From the human T2T-CHM13v2.0 reference genome, Homo sapiens: a DNA stretch of 64,000 nucleotides. Location of the stretch: NCBI RefSeq assembly GCF_009914755.1, contig NC_060927.1; one strand, written 5' to 3'. Of this stretch, positions 14,697-26,560 are shown one piece after another. Every line of letters begins with the position of its first letter. The stretch's first letter is position 1. The notes under the pieces are model-generated. The model did no database searches. It was not told where the DNA came from and worked only from the letters and a program-made list of their open reading frames with translations. Both the position numbers and the translations under genes were made by a program.

Positions 14697-15984
14697 ACCC
14701 TAGTTTTTTAATGAGAAGTCGGGTAACCTAATTTTCTTTGAACCCTCCCTCCTCCTCCTCCTCCTGGTCTCTTTTCCTTCACCTTCTGTGGGGCTCTCTA
14801 TCCACCCTTCCAGCCTGCCTGCTCCATTTGTGGTATTTGCTTGTCCCTTCTGTGATTATTTCTTACAACAGATACAATGGGGGCCCTTCCACCATACTTT
14901 TGCTTCATCACCTTTTCTTCAAGACACACCTCTTCCCCTCTGGAGAGTACAAAATGTGATTCCCTTAATTCCTGAGAATCTTCTAGAGTCTCTGGAGCTC
15001 TCAATGCTGCTGTGGTCCTCTGAGGCTATCCTGCTGCCCTTCTGGCTGTCTGCATCTCATTTGCAGTGTGTCGTGCCAGCTGGCAGGCTGGGCCGTCAGC
15101 ACTCTCCACTCGCAGCTTTCTTGTTTCCTTTCCTCCCTGACAGTTCTGGTGGTTGCTCAAGTTCCATTAATGTTTTATGTGCTGCCCCCAGGAACCTTGG
15201 TTGCAGTACTCTGGGGAAGTTCCCACTCCTCCTTCCTCCTCACTGCAGAACTTTGAGGATAGAGAGATCATTTGTTTCCCAGAAACCTGGTGTCATCGGT
15301 CATCAAGCTTCCAATTAGCTGAAACTCAGTGCAGCAGTTTGGGGTGCCAACATTCTCCCTGACCAGGGAGGGAAAGCTCCCAGGGACAGTGATAGTCTGG
15401 CTCGTTATCCCTGAGCTGAGAGTCAGCCTTCTCATTAACCCATTCTCCTGGGCTCTTCATTAGCACTTCTGACCAAGACAGGTTCTATTTGATTGTGCCC
15501 ATTTGGTGGGGATGGAAATTAAGACCAAGGGAACCAGGAGGCTGGGTTTCAGGTCATGTAGTGAGTTGAGGGCAGAGCCAGGCTAAAGCTGATATCTTGT
15601 TTTCTGACTACTGGTGCTGTGATTAGCATCTTCTATTGTCCTCAGGGGACTGCTGGAGCCTGCCATGGGCTGCTGCTGGAAGAGAGAGGTTGGAGGGACC
15701 CAGGCAGCAGCTTCCATGGCTTTATACGTATTGCTTGGAATAATGTTCCCAAAGCCGAGTGATAAAGAAAAATAATAATAATAGGGCAATAACTAACACT
15801 GACCTCCTCTATGCCAGGAATTGTGATAGGTGCTTTCTGTCTTCCAGTAACCTACCAATTCAGGAGTCTTCCCATTTTACAGTTGAGGATTCTGAGACTC
15901 AGAGACATTAAGTAATTGCCCTCCAAAGGTAGCTAACAAATGGCAATTAGCCTTTCTACCTTACACTCAGAGTCCTGCTAGATC

Positions 15985-16224
15985 TATGTGAGCAACACGG
16001 GTTTGAATTGCGTGGGTCCACTTATACATGGATTTTTTCAACCAAATGCAAATTGAAAATACAATATTTGCAGGATGTGAAGCTCTTGTATATGGAGGGC
16101 TGTCTTTTCAAATATGTGAGTTCCATAGGGTCCTCAACTGCAGGACATGAGTATGTATTCTTGGGTTTTGGTATACGCGGAGGTCCTGGAACCAAACTTC
16201 TGTGTATACTGAAGGGCCACTGTA
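15985..16224. mobile_element. MER8-like TcMar-Tigger MITE
   Basis: caacacgggtttgaattgcgtgggtccacttataca...ggtcctggaaccaa...gaagggccactgta. Confidence 0.7.
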
Positions 16225-16354
16225 ATTGCAACCTCTTCAAAAATGGGAATCCCCTGTAGATCTCTGTTCTAAGTATTTTTCTGTTCTCTGGCCAGTCAAC
16301 CTTACATAGGTTTCTTCATAGGACCCTTTAATTGCCACAATTATTGTTTTGCTC

Positions 16355-16400
16355 TTATGCTTTTATGAGTCTGTTCATTATGCTTTTATGAGTCTGTTCA
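16355..16400. repeat. Perfect 23-bp tandem duplication
   Basis: TTATGCTTTTATGAGTCTGTTCA x2 (16355-16377, 16378-16400). Confidence 0.95.
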
Positions 16401-17269
16401 GCTCTGGCAAACACAATTCTTTAGACTCATTGAATCTAAATATAAATGTAGATACCAAATTTTCTACTTTTAAAAATCTTCTAAACCAAATGGGATGATC
16501 AGCCAGGTTTAGGAACAAACTGCTGTGGGCTGCAAATTAAAACACTAATTTCTTTATTTTTCACATGGGGATTATTCTCCACATGTAGAGTGTTTACTTT
16601 AAAAGAAAAAGAAATGAATGCAGGCTTACTGCCTGTAACCACTCCATAAGCTTCTATGCTCCTTTCTCCAGATATTGGATTGGTGCATACTCATCTAATT
16701 AAGATGCACTTTGATTCAAGAAGTTAAATGTTGTGTAGATCAAAGAAAAAATTCCAGTCATTTATCTTTGGCTTTGGAATTCATCATGTGATTTTATCTT
16801 CAGCTTTGGATTATCTGTGCTGCTGCATTAATGTGCTAACTGCACGTTTTTCTTTTTTTAAAATAATCCCTGTTTTAGAATTTACCTCAAGGGACCTGTG
16901 ATGCCTCCCCCATCTCTTAGTTTAAAAACTAAATCTCTAAGGTCTTTCTTTCCAAAGCTGTCCTCCGCACTGCTCCAGAATTTAACTGCCTCCCCACCTA
17001 AAACTAGTATTTTCTTTCCAAATTATTTCTTATCAGCTTATTAGGAGAACTCCTCATGGAACTGTCAGAAGGTTGAGCTGTGTTAAGGGAGACATACTTC
17101 TTCCTCATTCCCTTGTGTCTTGTAACATTTGCTTTTACTGTTTCAAGTTTTTGTTTGCAAAGTCTGCAATCCAGGAATTATTTCCTTATTATTGGTCCTG
17201 AAATTCCAACAAAACAGCATCAGGACATAGTGTTGCCTTGCCATACTGGTCCAAATAGGAAGGCATAGT

Positions 17270-17472
17270 CAGTGACGTGCTGGTAATGTTTCCAGGGAAG
17301 AATAAAAGCCCTGGTTGTGGTGTTTGTAACATTTGCTGATTTCTATTGTGTAAATACTCCTATCATAGCAGATTTCAAGCTACCAACCTGTTTAACAACG
17401 AGCTGGCAAAAATTCTGAAAATTACAATTAGTTCTCAGAAACCAGAACAAGCAGGCTCTAGCACACCACCAG
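17270..17472. mobile_element. MER63-like hAT element
   Basis: cagtgacgtgctggtaa...aaatactcctatcatagcagatttcaagctaccaac...ggctctagcacaccac. Confidence 0.65.
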
Positions 17473-17544
17473 GTGTAGATAACTGTTTTAGGGAGCACTC
17501 CAATCAGGTGTGATATTTTACACAAATGAAAATCGCTCTCGCAG

Positions 17545-17715
17545 CTCCTACTTGACAGTCGTGTGACCTTGGGCAAATCATTTGACTTCTATGAGCCTCA
17601 GTTTTCACATCTATGAAATGCAGACAATAATATCTATCTCATGAAATAATATGAGAGGATTTAATGAGGCAGTTACTATAATGGGCCTGGCATATGGTAT
17701 GAAGCAAATGATTCT
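17545..17715 (+). mobile_element. MIR
   Basis: gtgtgaccttgggcaaatcatttgacttctatgagcctcagttttcacatctatgaaatg. Confidence 0.8.
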
Positions 17716-18239
17716 TCCCCTCCCTGAAATGCTAGAGACACAGAGTAGAAGATAGCGGGAGAGTTTTGAACTTTGGGTACCATTTAATGGAAACACCTAC
17801 TGGAGGTTGGAGATGCAACTGGTTGAAAAACAAGGTCAAATATTTAGATTTGGGAATCAGAACAATAACAGTATAGTACCTTATGTTCATATCGCTCTCT
17901 AAAATTTACCTGATACTTTCACGTGTGTTTGTAAGAGGTGTGAGAGTGGAGGAACTCTTAGGGAGAAGAATGGAGGACCTGTCAAATCCCTGGCAGCTGG
18001 TATCTAAATTCTTCCAAGTTTTCCCCTCCCCTGTGCTCATTATTCTGTTTCTCTTTGAGTTCTCCTGCCGTTTTTGTACCTAGATCACTGACATATTCTG
18101 GTTGCTTTTAAAGAAACCATGTGTATTCTTTATAAAATACATTAACACCTGACATAAGATTTTGAGGTAGAGATAGAAAGCAATTTCTTCAGTCTCCACA
18201 GTTTGCCACCCTGATATTAATAAGAGAGTGTTCCCTGCT

Positions 18240-18653
18240 TATTGGTCAGCATAGGTTGATGGCTGTAATAACCAGTAAGTATCAGAGATCACGTAATAGA
18301 AGATTATTTCTTGCTCTTGTCATAGTCTCCTACAGATGTTCCTGGTTGATGACAACCCAGGACTTACCCTTTCTATTCAGTAGCTTTGCTCATAGGGCCT
18401 CAGAGTCCTCCACTGAACACTTTGCACCCAGCCATCCGAGGATAGATGAGAAGAGAGAATGTGGAGGACATACATGTGGGATGATTTTATGAGCCAGTCC
18501 TGGAAGTGGCATATGATACTTCTGCTCACCTTCCATTGACCAGAGCTCAGTCATACAACTGTTCCTAACTGCAAGGGCGGTTGGGAAATGTAACAGTCGT
18601 GTGCTTCAGAAGAGAGAATGAGCTTGGTAAGCATCTGGCCAATCTCTGTACCA
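18240..18653 (-). mobile_element. Old MLT1 LTR
   Basis: tcctggaagtggcat...acttctgctcaccttccattgaccagagctcagtcat...cctaactgcaaggg...tgggaaatgta. Confidence 0.6.
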
Positions 18654-19729
18654 ACCTTATATGGATTGGTGGAAATAGTCACCACTATGGATATAGGTCA
18701 GTCCAGGTCACCAGAGACGACTTCTTGTGCTTATTGCATAGGGTTTTCTGGGTAGTGTTGCATGTTGAGAAATACAGCTTCATTCCCACAGTTAGACTAA
18801 GATTTCATCTAAGTTAGACTTATAGCATTACATGAGTTTCCAGGACTTTCCAGGACTAGAGTGCTTTGCTGAGTGTACCAGCTGGTTTTAGTCAACACTT
18901 GAAATTGGTAATAATATTTGCTGTTGTGTTTATAATTACCACATCATTAACAGTCAATGGGATGGGGAATTTCATGGGACTCTTCATTTCCATTTAGTCA
19001 CTTATTATTGTCTAAAATGCCTCAGACAGTCTTCTGTGGATTGTTTTTGTCACTTGCCTACATGAAGAAGACTGATTTCCCACCTCAGAACATTGGCGTT
19101 GGCACTTTCCAAGGGGTTGGTAGAATGTCTGGCTGAGAGTGAAGGGACTATTGGGCTAGCTGGAAGAGGCAAGCAGCAGCAGTGAAATACATGGGATCCA
19201 CTGGAACATCACAACAAACAAGAAGTTTCCCTCAGGTCAGCATCATCATCCAAGGTGAGGAGTCCTGCAAGGGAGAGTCACCAGAGTTTGCAAGTTGGGG
19301 GAGACATTCGGGATCAGGCTAGTCTGTGGTTCCACATTACTGGGCCATCACTCCATTCCTGGCAGGCCCCCAGGCAGTGACTAGCGGCACATAGACATCC
19401 TTCCCTCCTTCCCCTGCCAGGAAAGGGGTATGGCAAGGGATGGGCAAGGCCCTAAATAGACAGGTGGGGTTTCAGAGCACAGTGCTAGCTGTAAGTTGCT
19501 AATTATAGGGCTCAGCAGGAAACTGAGGTAGAAACCTCTGTCCTGTAACTCTCTGTCTTGTAACTGTCCCGAAACTCGGGGGCTGGGGATTCATCCCAGG
19601 CACATCAAACAGCGTGTTTGAGGCTGCACCAAACATGGCTATGTCCTAACCCTAAAGAGATTGAAGTTCTGGATATGTCCTATCCAGGGTGACTTGGGAG
19701 CTAGATGAGACAGATCTATATGTATGAGG

Positions 19730-19960
19730 CTTCATGCACAGGCTTTGGAATAGGATAGACCCATATTCAAATCCTGACTTTATCCTTTCCTAGCTCTATG
19801 ACCTTGGGTGCATTATTTGCTTTCTCTGATCCTCAGTTTTTCATCCATAAAATGTGGGAAACAATATGTACCCCTTAGGGTAATTGAGAGAATTAAGCAA
19901 TATAGATATGCAAAGCACTTAGGAGCCTGCACTTAGGAAGTAACCCTTAATAAATGGTAG
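19730..19960 (+). mobile_element. MIR
   Basis: ggctttggaa...ttcaaatcctgact...tatgaccttggg...cctcagtttttcatccataaaatg...aaagcacttag. Confidence 0.8.
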
Positions 19961-20826
19961 CAAGCATCTACCACAAAGTCCCACGAAAGCAGCAAGAACA
20001 AAACAACAGTAAGCAGGCCTTGGGAAGGCAGGAGCTGAAAAGTGGGCTCATGTGATGCTTGATTGTGTTCTGTGAGGTAAGTGATCACCAGTGGGGCAGG
20101 GGTAACTTGGTCTGCCTGCTGGCTTTACCAGCTGGGCTTTCCACAGACATTGTTAACAGTGAGACTGGGTACACGCTTTCCCCGCCAGTTCAGTGTCCTT
20201 AAAATGGAAAGTAGAACTACTAAGTCAGCCCACATCCTGGCCATGCAGCTTCTTTGGTACTTTCCACCTCACCGCTTGAGGACCTGCGCTTTCTCCTGGC
20301 AGCCTGCAGCATTATTATTACACATTGTCTTCTAACACGCACATATGTAACTAGAAGCACAAAGGTCCCTAAAATGGTAGGAAGGGGCTTTTCCTGTACT
20401 GGCACTCAGCCTCTAATGGCTGGAAGGTTGAACATAAATTGCTTTGACCTTGAGCTTCAAATGCTGTAAGTCTGGAGGGCTGCCCATGCCTTGGAAAGAG
20501 ATTGGCCTTCCCTTTAAGACAAGCAGGATGAATTATGAAAGGAAAGGGACTTCTTCAAGAATCTTGATTTTTAAAGAGCTTGTATATACTTTTTTGTATA
20601 TAACAAAGTTAAAGGAAGGGCAGATAGCTCAACTAAAGCTAGCAATTAAAGTGAGCTTGTGAACAGTTGTGATAGAGCAGGGTTTTAGCTCTCTGCTTGG
20701 GGAAGATGGTCTGTTACAGAGGGAGATGAAGAAGCCCTGTTCTCCTGCTTCCACTGTCTCCAGCCAAGAAAATGCACTTCAGATTAGAAAATGCAAAATA
20801 GATTAATTCATATAGAACCAAGAGCC

Positions 20827-21148
20827 AGCCAGGTACAGTGGCTCATGCATGTAATCTAAGCACTTTGGGAGGCTGTAGCAGGATGATCACTTGAATGCAG
20901 GAATTCAAAACCAATCTGGGCAACATAGGGAGGTCCCATCTCTATAAAAAATTTAAAAAATTAGTTGGGTGTGGTGGTACATGCCTGTAGTACCAGCTAC
21001 TCGGGAGGTTGATGTGGGAGGATTGCTTGAGACCAGGAGATCAAGGCTGCAGTGAGCCATGATCACATCAGTGCACTCCAGCCTGGGTGACAGAGTGAGA
21101 CTCTGTCTCAATAATAATAATAATAATAATCATCATCATCATCATCAT
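20827..21148 (+). mobile_element. AluJ-like with (AAT)n(CAT)n microsatellite tail
   Basis: gccaggtacagtggctcatg...ggaggattgcttgag...aggctgcagtgagccatgatc; tail 21110-21148. Confidence 0.92.
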
Positions 21149-21366
21149 AACCAATAGTTAAGAAAAATAAGGGGATAGTAAAAGCCCTAAACTCCTTCAA
21201 CAGTCATGGCTATAATAGCTGCAATTGATTATTTATAGGGACTTGATGTACATTGTCTCTCTATGAGTTTGGTGTTATTAGCCTTATTTTACTTATGAGT
21301 CCACAAGGAACTGAGAAATTAAGCATGCTGGGTTCTCAGAACTAGAGAGATTAGAACTCATGTCTG

Positions 21367-21662
21367 GGCCAGGTGCAGTGGCTCACACCTGTAATCCCAG
21401 CACTTTGGGAGGCCAAGGTGGGCAGATTGTCTGAGCTCAGGAGTTAGAGACCAGCCTGGGCAACATGGCAAAACCCCATCTCTATTAAAAATACAAAAAA
21501 TCAGCTGGGTGGTGGTGGTGTGTGCCTATGATCCCAGCTAGTGGGACTGGGGAGGCTGAGGCATGAGAATTGCTTGAAGCCGAGATCTCGCCACTGCACT
21601 CTAGCCTGGGCAACAGAGCAAGACTCACTCTGTCTCAAAAAAAAAAAAAAAAAAAAAAAAAA
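21367..21662 (+). mobile_element. Alu (J/old S-like) with an internal right-arm deletion of about 24 nt
   Basis: ggccaggtgcagtggctcacacc start; gcttgaa joined directly to gccgagatc; poly(A) of about 26 nt; catgtct TSD remnant on both sides. Confidence 0.9.
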
Positions 21663-22159
21663 TCCATGTCTAACTGTTGTGTCCACCCACCCTGACCTCT
21701 CTGAGAGTAGCTCTGCATCTCAGGCCTGAAGGAACTGTATCCTGAAATGCTAAAGGAATTTGCCTATGTGGTTTTAGAGAAACCACTAAGAAATTATAGG
21801 GTAGAGATAGGAAAATGCCTAGAACTTGAAAAGAAAGGAATGAATAGAATCTGAAAATTCTAGACTTGCAAACTTGATCTCATGACCTAGCAAAATTCTA
21901 GAATCTTAACTTTTGCACTAACTGGCTATGCCACCTTGGGCAAATCACATCATCCCTCTGGGCTTCAGTTTCCTTGCCTATAAAGTATATGCTTGTATTA
22001 CATCATCTCCAGGGTTCCCTTTAGTTCAAAGTATTTCATCCTAATAAGTTCCTTTAATATGTTCTGACAGTTTTAGTGTTTCAGTCTTACCACCATGAAA
22101 TAACTCATTTTCATTTGGTATCAGATGCTCCAGTGTTTCTTCAGAGAGTAAAGGGTTAA

Positions 22160-22400
22160 GAAGATGGAGTTTGGAGTGAAAGAGTTGTAGGTTCAAATCT
22201 TACCTCTTCTCTGTACTAGTTAAATGACCTTAAGCAGATTATGTAAACGCTCTCTGTATCTCAGTTTTTCCTCTATAAAATGCTAGTCTTTCCTATACTT
22301 GCATTTATTTCACAGGGTTGTTTTAGAGTTAAATGAAATAGTATGTATAAAGCACTTAGCTCAGTGCCTAGAATATAACAAATACTCAGTAAATACTAGT
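22160..22400 (+). mobile_element. MIR
   Basis: ggttcaaatctt...tgacctt...ctcagtttttcctctataaaatg...aaagcacttagctcagtgcct. Confidence 0.75.
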
Positions 22401-24329
22401 TCCCATATTTATTGATTCTAAGATGCTCTTTTTCCTTCTACATTTTGCCATCTCTGAAATCAGGATGCATCTTATAGCTTATGGTGTGTAATAGTTTAAT
22501 TGGCAGCAGTTTTTTCTTTTTTAATGGCACATAAACTAATGATACATTTTGCAATTCACTAAATATGGTATTTCCCCAGCATGGTTCTTATCCCTAAGGT
22601 TCTCATTTCTCCTCTGGGATGCTCCTTTCTTCAACTTTTTGCAGGCCATTATCTCTTCTACAGCAAAGCAGATTTAGGCAATGGAACAGCTGGGGAAGTG
22701 ACAACCTCAGCCGTCATCTTATCTGGCTCGTTTATTTTACTGGTTTTGAAAATGGAGGCCAGAAAGGGGAGAAAGAAGAAAAAAACACAAAGGGAACTGA
22801 GGTCTTCGGATTCCTAGTCCAGTGTTCTTTCCCCCATCAGCAATGTTATTGGCATGGAACAATCCCACAACCATGACTCAGTTGCTCTGTAGATGCCTGG
22901 GCCCCAGTTGGATGGTGAATGCTTCCAAATTTACATATAGATTTTGATGGAAAGATTTTAATCCTACAGCCACAAAGCTGGAAATTAATAGATTTTGACT
23001 ACTGCTTCCATTTGCACAAACGCAGAATTCTAAAATTTTAGAGTTGAAGGGAATAATTTTTTTTCCTGTGGGAACTATAATGTTCTCACCTTTGCTGTAG
23101 TCTGAATTTGCAAAGCATGCTCTCTGGAGGCAGCACATTTCCTCTAAGTTATTATGTCTACAATTTCAGGAGCTGACAGCATGTGGATAATTGTGTCTTG
23201 AATTGTGAATGGTTTCTGCAGTTTGGCTGTTCCCAGGTTTGTACAGCTGAGCCCAGTGGCAAATCAATCACACAGTTCAGACACTTCATTGATTCATTCA
23301 CTCCATCACCTAGCACTTACTGGACATCTACCAGTCACAAGGCACACACATAGTCTCAGCTAATTCTCATAATAGCCTTATGAGATGTTACTTACATTTT
23401 GCAGATGGAAAAACTAAGGAATAGTGATGCTAAGTTACACTTTTTTGAGGTGGACATTGATGAACCTTCCAGATGTTGATTAGGGCATTTTAAAGCAAGA
23501 GATAACTTTATTGCTATAAGAAAAATGACTCAAAATTGAAATAGTAATATGAATCATTTTATAGTACAATATGTGAACAAATACAGAAATATGTCCATAG
23601 CCTGTAGAAAAGAAACAGAATGTTCATTGGGGATCTTATTAGCTCTACACATTAATTGTATCAGTGAATTCAGTGGCCCTATGGTGGGCTCACAGGTAAA
23701 AGGTACAGGCCCATGGGCTTAGGAGAGGGCAGCAGCAGCCTCCCTCCAACAGCACACTGGTGAGAAGTAATCCCAGTTACCCCAGCCTAGTGTCTCATTG
23801 TGCTTTATATTCTAGTTGGATGTTTGTTGGAGTCTTCATTGCTGCATGATGAGGACTCATACCTCTTGGTGACATGTCCTTTCCCAGTGCTTCTCGGGGC
23901 TCTCTTCTGCCTCTCGATTTTAGAGGAGTGGTGGCAACACAAGTGGAGAGGAGGCTACTTGCTTCCCCTTCTGTGGTACCTCTATTGACTGAAAAGCATA
24001 GGGCCATCTCTGGGGATAGAAACTGCATGACTCTTGTGCCTTTTTGGGAAGGCTTCCTGGAGGAAGAGGGATTGACAGCTGAGGTCAGAGCCTTTCTAGA
24101 GTTCTCTTTCTTATTCTGGGGATTAACCTCAAACAGCAAATTCAGAACATGCAAATAAATAGAATAACAGACAAAAATGAGGCAAGGCATGGGCATTTAA
24201 GAGACCAAAGCGGCAGAGGATTATAAAAATCTAGAAAAGAGAAACCAGAGAAGTGGATTCATACAGTTTTAAGTTTGGGATATTTTTTTCACATGGTCTT
24301 TATATACTTTTACAACATTGATTTTAATA

Positions 24330-26560
24330 CATATTTGTTGTAGAAAGTTTGAAAACTATAGAAAAGTGTAAAAAAAAAATGAAATATCCCCATAATCTCA
24401 CACCCCAGAAATACATTATGTCCATATTTGGGATCACATCAAATCACTATTTCAGAAGGTTAAAAAAAAAAAAGTTGAGTCTCAGCAATCTGATATGATT
24501 TAGCCTAACCTATATAGTGTGTGTATCATTAGTATCCTAATTTCTACTTTACATGTTGTGAGCATTCTTCCATGAAATTAAAAATTACTCAGAAATACAA
24601 ATTGTAATGGCTGATTTGTATTTAATTTATACCTATTTCAAGTTTATCTTAACTATCCCCTTTCTGTTGGATACTTAGGATATTTGCAATTTGGGGCCAC
24701 ATTAAAAAGTATTGCATGAAACCCCTTGTTTGCAAATATCTGTCCTCCTTTTTCCTTAGTTCCTTCACATAGACATGCAGAAGGGATATCACTAGATCAC
24801 TGTATTATTATTATTATTCGTATTACCAAATTGCTTTCTGAAAAGGTTGAAGCAATTTTACTTGCACTAATGGGGTTATAGGCAGGAAGAGGTAATTAAT
24901 GCTGAACCTTGCTAGCATTGATGATTATTGCCTTCTCAAAATCTTTGCAAATTTAATGGATTTTTAAAACATCTCATTGTTTAGTTTGCATTTTCTTTAT
25001 TACTAATTAAGTGGACTGCTTTTTCTTATGTTTATTATCCATTTTCCCTCCTTTTTGAAATGTATATTTATATTCTTTGCGCATTTTTCAAATAGGGAGC
25101 AGTAATTTTTTCTCTATCGTATTTGATACACGTTTCCTAGCTTGTCATTTGCCTTTTAAATTTTGTTTATAATCTGACATATAGTTTAAATTCTACAGAA
25201 ACAAAACCATCAATATTTTTCTGATTTCTTTAAATGCTTTTGTGCCTTGAGAGCTCTTTCTTATTCAGGGATCAGTTAAATGACCATGCATGTTTTCTCT
25301 TAAGGTTTTTTAAAAAATGTCATTTTAAAGGTTTGGGCTCTAATCTCTCTAAAATTTATTTTATTTTGGTGTATGGTATGAAGTTGTCAGGATTAACTGG
25401 ATTTTTCTTTTCCAAATATTCAGTTTTTCCAGTGCCATTTATTGACTACTTTATCTTTCCTCCATTGTTTTAGATTATTTCCTTATCATCCATTAGATTT
25501 TAAAATATGCCAGATCTGTATTAGGGCTATGTTTCAGGCTCCATTGATTGTATGTTAATTCTTGTGTCTGCTCCACCTTTTAATAATTTGAGTTTAAAAA
25601 ATATACTTTCATATCTGGTAGGGCAAGCCCAACCCATTATTTATCTTTTTTAAAAAAAGTTTAATTATTTTTATCTATTTGTTTTTATAGGTAAAAATCT
25701 AGTTGAAAATCCCTTTGGCACATAGGGGGTACTAAGAGATTCATTCAACAGATATCCACTATAATGTTTAGCTTTTTAATCCAAAAACATGTGATTTTAT
25801 TTGAATTTTATTTTATTTGAATCTTCTTTTATATCTTGCATTTCAAAGGGATAAACCCTATTTGCATACATGGAAAATTATCCCTAATGAAAAATGGAGT
25901 TTTCTTTTACAGCTCATTTGGACTTCAGTTCTTTTAGTCATAAGACAATTTCATCTGTGATGAGTGGTAGCCATTTCTTATTTGCCACAGGATCACATTG
26001 CAGAGTGAACAGCTGTGTAACACAGTTGTCCTGAACTTTAAATAAGGTTGCTCTTAAAATGCTATTTGACTTGTTATCATAACCACAACCTAATTATTAA
26101 ACTTTTTAAGTGTATGAATATTTTACAGATATTCTATATATGAAGGATCAATATACAAAAGAGGGAATTTGCTCTTTTCCAATTATTTCAAGAATAAATA
26201 AGAAAAATCTGACATAGAAAAAAAGTTAAACATTAACAAAATCTGTAATCCAACTTTTCAGAGATAACTGCTGTGTACATATATATATGTATATATATAT
26301 GGTTTTTATACACACACAAACACAGACACTGTATGCACAATTGAGACATGGTTGTACATAACTATTTTATAATCTTTTTCACACTTAACAATATACCGGA
26401 AAATTTCCCAAGGCATTATACTTGTATAATATTTAATGCATATTTAATGAATGCATTGAGTAGATATGGTTTATTTAACCACATCCCTGAGGTTGAACAT
26501 TTGAGGTTGTTTCTGATTTTTTGAAATATATAAAGCTATCATAAATCTCTTTACTCCCTA
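24330..26560 (-). mobile_element. Degraded L1ME-type fragments
   Basis: AT-rich; motifs such as catctcattgtttagtttgcattttctttattacta and tatttaaccacatccc...ttgaacatttgaggttgtttc. Patchy, with approximate boundaries. Confidence 0.55.

Noticed and set aside
18837-18856. 10-bp tandem repeat TTTCCAGGAC x2 (similar short repeat at about 34522)
   Set aside because: Too short; expected from ordinary slippage.
20254-20469. ORF beginning 'MVLS' in the track, resembling the rat kalirin N-terminus
   Set aside because: The start codon is TTG, not ATG, and no splice donor follows. Coincidental.
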